DNA from: a virus
Length of the DNA stretch: 64,000 nucleotides
IMG/VR virus record: IMGVR_UViG_3300033143_005857
Coordinates: 1 to 64,000 of that record
Reading direction: 5' to 3' (one strand)
The position numbers and the translations under genes are program-made. Numbering within the stretch: position 1 is the stretch's first letter; each line of letters opens with the position of its first letter. Positions 29,854 through 38,505 of this stretch are shown here, one piece after another. A model generated the notes under the pieces. The model saw only the letters and a list, made by a program, of their open reading frames with translations, was not told the DNA's origin and ran no database searches.

Positions 29854-29868
29854 AAAATTTACATATAT
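29854..29868 (+). promoter_or_regulatory. Late promoter motif (4 of 6)
   Basis: AAAATTTACATATAT upstream of the fibre operon. Confidence 0.8.
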
Positions 29869-29900
29869 TTGTCAATAGAAAAATAAGATAGGTTAAAAAT

Positions 29901-30395
29901 ATGAGTGAAACAAAATTTGTGAAAGGAGAAGTAACAATCAATATAATTGATGCTAAAACTGGCAAAATTAAGGAGACTCATGAATTCACAAATATTTTAG
30001 TAGATACTGGTAGAAAAATGCACAGAAATTGGGCTGCAAGCATTGCACCAGCAACAGATCCTAATTATAATGTTGATACTCATATATCTCATATTGCTGT
30101 TGGTGATGATAATACTGCTGTGGCTCAAACCCAAACATCATTAGGAAATGAATTATTAAAGAAAGAAGTGTATCCTACACCAAATGCTGGATGTGGTATC
30201 ACGCTTGTAAACAACGAAACAGTGCAATATGAAATGCTAATTAATACATCTGAATTAAATGGTGAAACAATAAGAGAATTGTGTTTGATTAGCGAAACAT
30301 TTACAAATTTTATGGTATCCAGATTATTGTGCGGCAATCTTGCAAAAACAAGTGATGTTCAGTTTTTAATTAAGTATAGATTTGTGTATGGTTGA
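29901..30395 (+). CDS. Tail-collar / fibre attachment protein
   Basis: NILVDTG, HIAVGD...LGNE, NGETIRELCL, KTSD. Confidence 0.7.
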   Translation: MSETKFVKGEVTINIIDAKTGKIKETHEFTNILVDTGRKMHRNWAASIAPATDPNYNVDTHISHIAVGDDNTAVAQTQTSLGNELLKKEVYPTPNAGCGITLVNNETVQYEMLINTSELNGETIRELCLISETFTNFMVSRLLCGNLAKTSDVQFLIKYRFVYG

Positions 30396-30400
30396 TAAAA

Positions 30401-33064
30401 ATGGTAGAAGTAAACTTAGAAGAATTTTACAAACAAAAAAATATAAAGCCAGAATATGATAGCAGTGGTGGAAGTGATTATGTTGATACTGTTGACAATC
30501 TTCAAGCAGCGAAGTTTAATCATCGTTGGAATGTAGAAGATGTAATGTTTCTTTTACTTCAGAAGCATTTACGAAATTCTCGTGGGCTTTCAAACAACAA
30601 AATTGCATCTTATTTGTATCCACAAATTTCTGGAGATATATTAGCAAATTTAGCACGAAAACCATTTGAATCTATGCTTGATGCAAATAATGCAATGGAT
30701 TTCATTATACGAGGTAGTCATGCAACGATAGGTTTAAATTCACCGTTTAAAATGCAAATGCCAACTGCAGATTTTGTTGATATGGTTTATCCAGCAGAAG
30801 AAGAATTTAGTATCTTAAGCGGAACAACAAATCTTTTTGAAATACAAACAAATTATCCAACAACTGCTAATAGATGGTATCGATTAGGACATGATGGTGC
30901 TGAAGGTTCGCCAGACGTTGTTATAGTGCAGAAAGCATTGCCAAGTTCTGTGCAATGGGCAGTAGTGGAGATTGTTTTTGAAGATTATCAAAACAATCCA
31001 ACAACGAAAGACCAAGTTATTCGTATTAAAGGCGACGATCATAGCGAATACATAGAACTTATTTTAGATCCAGACAATTCAAATTACAGATACAATTATG
31101 GATTATGGAATGGGAGCTCTTTGCAGACTGGCTCAGACCAAGATACTGGAGTAGCACGAAGCAGTGCAATACATAGATTTCAAATAGTGTGTTATAAAAC
31201 AACTACTAAACTATACTTAGATAACAGCAACTTCTTTACGTCTCCAGTATCTCAGCGGTTTGAATACGTTGATGATTTAGAATTCGAAAGCGGAAACGAT
31301 GGTGGAGGTGCTGATCATTTTGATATTATACGATTTAATGTATATCATAATGTTATGTTTACGCTTGCAGCAGACACAAAAAATTATATATATATTGACC
31401 AAGCAGATGGTATAATTAAAGAAACAACATCATTACCAACTGCTATTCTTGGAGTTATATTATATATGGTAGATGTTCCAAGTGGTGCAAGCAGTATAAT
31501 AACTGATTATGTAGCAGATTTACGGACATTAACTGGTTTTTATAAACAATACAAATATTTGGAGGATATGGTTGAAGCACTTGTAATTGATAGTATTGCA
31601 AGTGGTGATTCAACACATGCACCAAGCAGAAATGCTGTATTTGACGGACTTGGAACAAAAGAACCTACAATCGCTGTTAAAGACAATGCTAATCCTAAGA
31701 ATCATGATAGATATGCTACTTCTGAAGCAAGAACTGATTGTGTTGCTGATTCAATTTTAGATGAAGATTTAACACACGCTCCAGACGGAAACTCTGTATT
31801 TGATGCATTAGCATTAAAAGAAAACAATATAGACTATGGAATTGCAGACGGAAATGTTATGAAAGCAGAGAATACGGTAGTTGCTACTGAAATTGCAAAG
31901 TTTACTGCTACTGGATTAGAAGGACAATCAAAGGCAGAAATGCTCTCATTTTTAAATGCTGCAGATGGTGCAGTTGATGGTGCTGGAGCACTTACTTATG
32001 TGCAAAATAATGGCTTACGTATGGCAGAAAGCAAAGTAATAAGCACAAATATTGCAGAAGATTCGTATGTTTATCGTGATGTTGCATCTCGTTATGGTAA
32101 TCAGACTGGAGCTTTATTAATTACATTGCCATCAGTTCCACCATCAACTACAAGAATGGTTGTTCATCTTGAAGGAACTGCACTTGATGAAGGAGATGGT
32201 TCATATTATACATGGAGAGCAGAAATATCTGCTTATGCAATTGGTTCTAATGGCTGGTTTGCTCATGCAACTTCTGATATAGGGTTAGAAATATATGGAA
32301 AATGCTCATTTACTCCAAAAGTAAATCTGATGCAAACGTCACAATACAATCCAACAACTATGTATATGGTATTTGGAGATATAGCAGATGATGGAGCACT
32401 TGTAGAAAAAATTACGATAACTAAAGTAGAAATATGGGATTTTTCACATACTTGGGATGATGCTGGGTGTGCTACTGGGTGGACGTTATCAAACATCACA
32501 GATTTAACTGGATATTGGCATACACTTATTGGAACTACAGATGGAACACAAGCATTCTTAGATGGAAGTTATTTTGATGTTAATGGATTTAATGCAGAAA
32601 AGACTGCAAATTTTAATGCTGCTACCAATTTTAATAGTATAGCAACGATTGCTGACCAAAAACGGCTTCGGTTTGAAAATTTTTCTATTGGCACATTAGA
32701 TGATAATGAATATAGTGGAATTACTGCAAAATTCTTAGTTGGAGAAACGTTAGTATTTGGAGATGTTTGTTATGTTAGTTCTACTGGTATGAAAAAAGCA
32801 GATGCAGATGGTGTATCTACATATCCAGCAATTGCAGTAGCGTTAGGAGCATGGAGTGCTACAAATGTTGAAGAATTTTTAATTATTGGAATTTATTATG
32901 CTTCACAGTCTGTGACGGCTGGATTGCCAGTGCATCTCTCAGAAACATCGGGTGCTGTTGTAACATCTATAACTGGTTTGAATTATGTTCAACGTTTAGG
33001 TATTGCACTTTCATCAAGAGTAGTATATTTCAATCCAAGCTTAGACGTATTAACAGCATCGTGA
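30401..33064 (+). CDS. Tail fibre / receptor-binding protein
   Basis: Mosaic: lectin-like beta domain, two THAPxxNxVFDxL repeats, C-terminal cement-like domain. Confidence 0.7.
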   Translation: MVEVNLEEFYKQKNIKPEYDSSGGSDYVDTVDNLQAAKFNHRWNVEDVMFLLLQKHLRNSRGLSNNKIASYLYPQISGDILANLARKPFESMLDANNAMDFIIRGSHATIGLNSPFKMQMPTADFVDMVYPAEEEFSILSGTTNLFEIQTNYPTTANRWYRLGHDGAEGSPDVVIVQKALPSSVQWAVVEIVFEDYQNNPTTKDQVIRIKGDDHSEYIELILDPDNSNYRYNYGLWNGSSLQTGSDQDTGVARSSAIHRFQIVCYKTTTKLYLDNSNFFTSPVSQRFEYVDDLEFESGNDGGGADHFDIIRFNVYHNVMFTLAADTKNYIYIDQADGIIKETTSLPTAILGVILYMVDVPSGASSIITDYVADLRTLTGFYKQYKYLEDMVEALVIDSIASGDSTHAPSRNAVFDGLGTKEPTIAVKDNANPKNHDRYATSEARTDCVADSILDEDLTHAPDGNSVFDALALKENNIDYGIADGNVMKAENTVVATEIAKFTATGLEGQSKAEMLSFLNAADGAVDGAGALTYVQNNGLRMAESKVISTNIAEDSYVYRDVASRYGNQTGALLITLPSVPPSTTRMVVHLEGTALDEGDGSYYTWRAEISAYAIGSNGWFAHATSDIGLEIYGKCSFTPKVNLMQTSQYNPTTMYMVFGDIADDGALVEKITITKVEIWDFSHTWDDAGCATGWTLSNITDLTGYWHTLIGTTDGTQAFLDGSYFDVNGFNAEKTANFNAATNFNSIATIADQKRLRFENFSIGTLDDNEYSGITAKFLVGETLVFGDVCYVSSTGMKKADADGVSTYPAIAVALGAWSATNVEEFLIIGIYYASQSVTAGLPVHLSETSGAVVTSITGLNYVQRLGIALSSRVVYFNPSLDVLTAS

Positions 33065-33068
33065 TAAT

Positions 33069-33398
33069 ATGACAACAGCAAAAGAGTTAGCACAAGCATG
33101 TATAGCAGAAAAGTGGCAAAATATCAGTAGTATTACTGATAACATACTTGGAGATTGTGCATTTTGTGTTGATGCTAAATCTCGTGCTGTTGCTGATGGA
33201 AAAACAATAACTGATAAAGATTCCATTTATTGTGATTATTGCCAAGCACCAACTAATCTTTGTAATAATAATAAAGAAACTGTTTCTATATTTGTAGATA
33301 TGCGTAAGCTTATACGTGATGGTAATTCTGTTGACTTTCTTGAAAAGTTAAACACTTTCAAACAAGGGCTTTTACTTATTGCCGAAGATGGTGAATAA
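33069..33398 (+). CDS. Cys-rich hypothetical protein
   Basis: CAFC..CDYC..C. Confidence 0.55.
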   Translation: MTTAKELAQACIAEKWQNISSITDNILGDCAFCVDAKSRAVADGKTITDKDSIYCDYCQAPTNLCNNNKETVSIFVDMRKLIRDGNSVDFLEKLNTFKQGLLLIAEDGE

Positions 33399-33944
33399 AT
33401 GGCAACAATAGAACTTACACCAAGATTAGACACAGCAGTGCATACAGATTGGAATCCGTATACATATACAAATATCGACGGAGGTTCTGGTGGATACAGT
33501 GATGGAACATCAATTAAAACTGTTGAGAGTGCAAATGCGTATGCAGAGCACTTGTATGATGCTGCACCATCAGACACAGATGTAGTATCAAGCATAAGAT
33601 TTTATGTCCGTTGTAAAAGGCTTGGAACACCAGCCACATGTGACGGAGAAATATATATTGCTGGTGCGTGGAAAGGAGAAAAAACATATACTTTACAAAC
33701 CGATTTTACAACTTATAGCCAAGTATGGACTGGTTCTTGGACAAAGGCACAAGTAGATGCTATGAAATTTAGAATTGAAGGGACTAATGGTGACAAATCT
33801 CAAGTTCAAGTATCAGCAATTTGGTGTGTAATAACGTATACAATTATTCCAACTTATGATAAAGTTATTAACGGTGTAAGTAGTTATTCTCATATTAATG
33901 GTGTTGCAGTTGCAGACATAACTGCATGGAACGGAGTGACTTAA
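33399..33944 (+). CDS. Putative virion adhesin / fibre tip protein
   Basis: Beta-rich; C-terminal INGV..INGV..NGV repeats; GGTGA RBS. Confidence 0.55.
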   Translation: MATIELTPRLDTAVHTDWNPYTYTNIDGGSGGYSDGTSIKTVESANAYAEHLYDAAPSDTDVVSSIRFYVRCKRLGTPATCDGEIYIAGAWKGEKTYTLQTDFTTYSQVWTGSWTKAQVDAMKFRIEGTNGDKSQVQVSAIWCVITYTIIPTYDKVINGVSSYSHINGVAVADITAWNGVT

Positions 33945-33960
33945 ACTAAGGTGATATATA

Positions 33961-34410
33961 ATGGGAACAGACAAAGAACAAGCAGAATCTATTATAAAAA
34001 TGCTGCTACCAAAGGTTCAAGAAAGCATTACTGCAATGGTGGAAGGTAAATTTAGTGAAAAATTACCAGAACTAAAATCTGCCATGCAAAATGAGTTATG
34101 GGACAAAGCGGTAGAAGAAATAGGCAAACGAATGAATTTGCCAGCAGACCTAATTGCTAAACTTCAAACTATTGATGATTTAGTAAAATCACAAGAATCT
34201 CAGATTGGTTTATCTTTAGAAAAACTTATATCTGATGTAGAAGCCTTTAAAGATCGACTTAAAGGTGTAGACCTCAATAAGACTATTACTATGTCTTATA
34301 AAGAATTACAGACCGTTCGTATAAAATCAGCACTCTCATGGGCTTTAATTAGTTTTGCACTTGGCTTCTTTGCTGGTATAGTTTCATACGGAAAATTTGT
34401 AGGATTTTAG
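33961..34410 (+). CDS. Coiled-coil protein with C-terminal TM helix (egress candidate)
   Basis: Hydrophobic tail ALSWALISFALGFFAGIV. Confidence 0.55.
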   Translation: MGTDKEQAESIIKMLLPKVQESITAMVEGKFSEKLPELKSAMQNELWDKAVEEIGKRMNLPADLIAKLQTIDDLVKSQESQIGLSLEKLISDVEAFKDRLKGVDLNKTITMSYKELQTVRIKSALSWALISFALGFFAGIVSYGKFVGF

Positions 34411-34418
34411 GATGAGCC

Positions 34419-35078
34419 ATGAGACGTCGTTTTTTTTGGATGTTAATTGCATCTATACTGCTAACGATTGTTCTCATTTATATGCTTTCTGAATATATTG
34501 ATTTCTTTAGCAAAATAACAAGTTTTATTACTTTCACGGTAGATTCAGTCAAAGACTATCTTGGCTGGCTTGGAACAGCAATAGGTTTTTTGATATACAT
34601 TAAAAATAGGTTTCTCGACACTGGAATGTTCCGTAAAATACAAAAATCATACGGAAAACAACGTTTCATAGTTGCTTTGCGTGTGATGCTCGAACTTCTT
34701 GATGTTTACAACCCAGAAATAGTTATACAAAAAATATCGCAAATAAGCAATACACAAACTGAGATGAGACGAGCTATGGTAGAACTTAACGAAATCCTTA
34801 TTACTGTTGGAGAAACAACACAAGAAAATGTAATCATATTAAGTAATCGTGAAAGACGTCTACTTACTCGTGAAATCAACAAACTTCTTGAACTTATTGA
34901 TAAAAAGTTCGACATACACTATACAACAAAAAATATTATGAGCAAGACCGATAAAGCCGTTGCAGTCTTGGAGAAAACCTTAGAAAAATCAAAGATCAAA
35001 CGAGAATCATTATTCAAACGGAAGAAACAGAAAGATAAGGAAACTAATGATAAACTTCGTAAAAACCTTAATAATTGA
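34419..35078 (+). CDS. Membrane protein with two N-terminal TM helices (holin-like candidate)
   Basis: Hydrophobic segments plus basic coiled-coil tail; last late gene. Confidence 0.5.
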   Translation: MRRRFFWMLIASILLTIVLIYMLSEYIDFFSKITSFITFTVDSVKDYLGWLGTAIGFLIYIKNRFLDTGMFRKIQKSYGKQRFIVALRVMLELLDVYNPEIVIQKISQISNTQTEMRRAMVELNEILITVGETTQENVIILSNRERRLLTREINKLLELIDKKFDIHYTTKNIMSKTDKAVAVLEKTLEKSKIKRESLFKRKKQKDKETNDKLRKNLNN

Positions 35079-35080
35079 TA

Positions 35081-35095
35081 AAAATTTACATATAT
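35081..35095 (+). promoter_or_regulatory. Late promoter motif (5 of 6), with no downstream ORF
   Basis: AAAATTTACATATAT followed ~80 nt later by an MCP-type terminator. Confidence 0.75.
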
Positions 35096-35109
35096 AAGCC
35101 AGTCGCTAT

Positions 35110-35182
35110 ATCCATTAAATCCCACAAATTTTAACGCTGCTGACTTATTGTTTTGTTTTTCACATAGTTTCACCTTTTTTTT
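35110..35182 (+). ncRNA. Candidate ~65-70 nt late small RNA
   Basis: Bounded by the late promoter motif and TTTTTTTTCTATTTTTT; no ATG on the + strand; 5' end estimated. Confidence 0.4.
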
Positions 35183-35211
35183 CTATTTTTTTCCACCGAA
35201 AAGCAGCTGAT

Positions 35212-35279
35212 CTAATTAATACCTAATTTCCCCTATATATATATATTAAGGGGAACAAAGGGATTAATTGTCTAAAAGC
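35212..35279. repeat. Imperfect palindrome with (TA)n core, copy 2 (origin-like)
   Basis: CTAATTAATACCTAA...CCCTATATATATATATTAAGGGG...GGATTAATTG; inverted homolog of 1652-1719; sits where the two gene blocks converge. Confidence 0.8.
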
Positions 35280-35371
35280 GAGAAGGTAAAATGATCCAAG
35301 CTAGGAAAGAAATGCTTGAATTTCGCTATCTCTCAGCCCAAAAAATAGGAAAAAAAAGTGGATTATACTAT

Positions 35372-35782
35372 CTAAATTACTTTTTCTCGAGTCACTTTTT
35401 TCACAATACGTGTTGCATGTTCTTGTGCCAATTTTGTAATAGCATCCCATAAGAAAGCGTCCCGTCCTCTATTAGATGTGCTATTTCCTCGCTTATATGG
35501 CTTAAACATTCGATTATAAAGCTTATATTCATTTGAGCCAGCCACTTTACGATTTGCAAAGATAATTTTCTCAAGTTCGATGAAATCAATCTCTAAGGTG
35601 ATGTCTTTAGATTCAATAATAATCATTTCGTTATCAAGCGATTGAAGGGCTGCTGCTATCTTGGCTGCGTCTTCGTCGGCTTGTTTTTCTGCTTTAGCGT
35701 TTGCTTTTTTAATATTTGTCTCTGTTTTTGCAAATGCTAATTTTGCTTTTTGATCTTTGATATTTTCTGCCATAGTCTTCAT
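35372..35782 (-). CDS. Hypothetical protein
   Basis: ORF track; overlaps the RHH gene stop. Confidence 0.55.
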   Translation of the reverse strand: MKTMAENIKDQKAKLAFAKTETNIKKANAKAEKQADEDAAKIAAALQSLDNEMIIIESKDITLEIDFIELEKIIFANRKVAGSNEYKLYNRMFKPYKRGNSTSNRGRDAFLWDAITKLAQEHATRIVKKVTREKVI

Positions 35783-36066
35783 TGCACAATCATCTCCATA
35801 ATTTCAGCATGTTCCAGTAAATGAGGTCGGTCCAAATACTTATTCAATTTACCATTCTGAAATAATTCGTTAAAGAAATTGTAGAAAAATTTAACTGTGG
35901 TTTTTTCCGAACCATTCAAACCTTCGGATACTGCTCTGTCTGGGTTAAAGATAATATTTCTTAACCAATCCCCAAGTTCAGCATTTTCTGGCTTTGTTGC
36001 TAAAAATTCCGCTGGTAGTCTAAGTGATACAACCTTAGCATCCTTTACTTTTGCTGGTCTTCCCAT
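35779..36066 (-). CDS. Ribbon-helix-helix-like transcriptional regulator
   Basis: MGRP...KVVSLRLP..L..WLR pattern; GGTGA RBS. Confidence 0.55.
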   Translation of the reverse strand: MGRPAKVKDAKVVSLRLPAEFLATKPENAELGDWLRNIIFNPDRAVSEGLNGSEKTTVKFFYNFFNELFQNGKLNKYLDRPHLLEHAEIMEMIVQ

Positions 36067-36140
36067 AATTTCACCATAATGTAAACAAAAAAGTAATGTA
36101 ATGTTTACAGAATAATAACGTAAACATTATTTAATAAATC

Positions 36141-36809
36141 TTAGTCTTCTTCTGCTTCAACAACAATAACGTTTTCTTTTTCTTCATCAACTTCTTTTTG
36201 CCCATATACTACAAGTTCTTGTATAACTGGCTCACGAAATTGCATATCACAAACTTCTGATGGTTTAGTTTTGCCTTTACTAAACTTTGCAGTCATTGCT
36301 CTAATAATAGGCTTAGCATTTTTGTTTACTTTATTTGGTGCTGGTAATCTTGGTGTGCTATTTGGTGGAGGAGGTGGAAGAAACGGTTTGTCTGTAGGAG
36401 GACCGCTTGGAAATACGTTAGTTTGCTGTATCATGTTAGGAGATTGTTGTTGATTCTGTGGAAGATATACTAATTGTGGTTGTTGTGATCGTGCAGAAGC
36501 ATCAATCAAACGTTTATGAGCATCCCACAGATTTGTGTCGTTGCTATCAATCTTTACTTGCAAAGCGTCAATCTTTTGTTGCATAGTTTTCTGCAAGTCT
36601 ACATAACCATTTGTTAATTTTGTAATTTCTGTCCGATACTCTACATTGGTTTGAATCAAATGCTGAAGAGCAAGACGAAAAGTGCCGTATATTTGTGTAA
36701 GGTTCTTGAGATACAGATAACTTTCATGGTCTACCGTGACGCTGTGAGTTTGTGCAACTTTTATACTGAAAGCAATTTTATCTTTGCTTTTCTTTGTTGT
36801 TATTTTCAT
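36141..36809 (-). CDS. Coiled-coil, Gln/polyproline-rich protein with acidic tail
   Basis: QQPQ..QNQQQ, LPPPPPN, EAEED. Confidence 0.6.
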   Translation of the reverse strand: MKITTKKSKDKIAFSIKVAQTHSVTVDHESYLYLKNLTQIYGTFRLALQHLIQTNVEYRTEITKLTNGYVDLQKTMQQKIDALQVKIDSNDTNLWDAHKRLIDASARSQQPQLVYLPQNQQQSPNMIQQTNVFPSGPPTDKPFLPPPPPNSTPRLPAPNKVNKNAKPIIRAMTAKFSKGKTKPSEVCDMQFREPVIQELVVYGQKEVDEEKENVIVVEAEED

Positions 36810-37123
36810 GTGTTGTAACCTTTTTAATATGGTTTTCAATACGATCTAATACGATACTTAAGGAAATTATAAATGAAAGCACTCTAATACCATTTTCACT
36901 AATCGGTATAAAATCTGCAACTAAGTAAAATAAAAGTAAAAAACATATATAATTCCATATCAATTTCATTTAAGTTCCCCAGTCCTCGTCAACTACAAAA
37001 TCGCATTTTTGCTTGTTGTTTCGCAAATGATCTTTAGCAACTTCGTTGCATTTTTTATGCTTCCTATGGCATTTGTATTGAGAACTTCGAAAAATACAAT
37101 TGTAGCAATTTTCCGATGTCCAA

Positions 37124-38425
37124 TTACGTATCTTCTTCGTCATTTTCATCGTCCTCATCTTGTGAAATTAGGTCAATTAAAGATTCTACATTTAATTTGT
37201 TGTAAATTTCTTGGATTTTTGCAACTTTCTCAATATTAGATTCGTTTGTCTCAATAATTTTTTGCAGCTCTTTGGATTGATTGTAGATGTAGGTTTCATA
37301 ATCCTTAATCGCTGCGATATCGCCAGTAAATGCTCTGTTAATTTTGAGCATCTTTGAATATGGCTTCATAACACATTTATTAAAGTTAATATCAATAGAA
37401 TCTTCGCCAGTTGCAGCAAGAACTATTTTTTCCCACAATCCTTCAAGTTGATCTCGCATATATCGATATTTTTTTGGCTTCATAACATACGGTTTTTTAA
37501 TTCTGTTTATGTCCCAAATGCTTATATTTTCATCGATAACTTTTTCCGTATAATCACAAAATGGCTCAATTCCTACATTAACATAGAGATTGTCAAGTTC
37601 TAACCGATATTCTCCAAGTTGTGCAAGAGTCATTGCTAAACCAATATTTTTCATGTATTTCATTTGCTCTGCATTAACTCTTGTTTTTTCTTTGATTGTA
37701 TCCCATAAGCTCGGATTGATTGAATCAAGCATATCAAAGTTGATACCAAAATCAAGTGTTTCATCAAACCATTGCTTGATATCTTGGTAAATACCAATTC
37801 CAGCAATGTCTAAATCATGGATAACACCAATCACAATGTTTGTTTTTCCATCTTCAATATTATCTCGGATTTCCATAATTGTTTCAACAACTTCACACGC
37901 TGAAAAGCCTTGAGTAATGATAAGAACAATTTTCTCTTCCCATCCTCGCTTGTTCATTGCAGCAAGCCATTTTTTGCCGAGAGTTTCTTTTTCACAAATT
38001 GCAATCAATAACCCAGAATCAACATATTTTTCACGATTTTGTGGAACAATCATAATATCGTCACCAACACAGCCATAAGCAATGGCTCGTCCTTTAGATT
38101 CAATATTAAGAGATTTACGTAATATTCCCCAGTAGCTATTTTTGCTATCTATTTCGATTGCCTTGCTCACAATAGATTTCTTTTCGCAAAATGCACGAAT
38201 TGATTTGAGCATAGTGTTGTATTGCTTGCTTGCATCTCCAGAGATGTCTAATTCGTCCGTTCCGAATTCTTTCTTATATTTAGAAACGGAATTATACCAT
38301 AACATACGTTGAGATATGCTATCCGAATGAGCTTGTAAATATTCAAACCCATGTTCGTATAACATGTCAAATCGTCGCTGAAGTTCCAAGCGAACGATAC
38401 CAAGAAAATTTGATGCTTTACCCAT
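37124..38425 (-). CDS. Topoisomerase VI subunit A / Spo11-like TOPRIM protein
   Basis: SQRMLWY (catalytic-Tyr-like), ICEKE, TQGFS, HDLDIAGIGI, ELDNL. Confidence 0.7.
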   Translation of the reverse strand: MGKASNFLGIVRLELQRRFDMLYEHGFEYLQAHSDSISQRMLWYNSVSKYKKEFGTDELDISGDASKQYNTMLKSIRAFCEKKSIVSKAIEIDSKNSYWGILRKSLNIESKGRAIAYGCVGDDIMIVPQNREKYVDSGLLIAICEKETLGKKWLAAMNKRGWEEKIVLIITQGFSACEVVETIMEIRDNIEDGKTNIVIGVIHDLDIAGIGIYQDIKQWFDETLDFGINFDMLDSINPSLWDTIKEKTRVNAEQMKYMKNIGLAMTLAQLGEYRLELDNLYVNVGIEPFCDYTEKVIDENISIWDINRIKKPYVMKPKKYRYMRDQLEGLWEKIVLAATGEDSIDINFNKCVMKPYSKMLKINRAFTGDIAAIKDYETYIYNQSKELQKIIETNESNIEKVAKIQEIYNKLNVESLIDLISQDEDDENDEEDT

Positions 38426-38505
38426 AATTTGTCACCAGCAGTGGTGTGATCGAAATATAGAACGCTTTTTATTTAAATATTGGTAGAAACCATGTATCAA
38501 CTATA

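Noticed and set aside
30401-33944. Diversity-generating retroelement acting on fibre genes
   Set aside because: No reverse transcriptase and no TR/VR pair with adenine-specific mismatches was seen.
34919-35173. Minus-strand 84-aa ORF across the orphan late promoter
   Set aside because: Mostly antisense to the membrane-protein gene. The ATG that follows the GGTGA is in another frame and is immediately followed by TGA.
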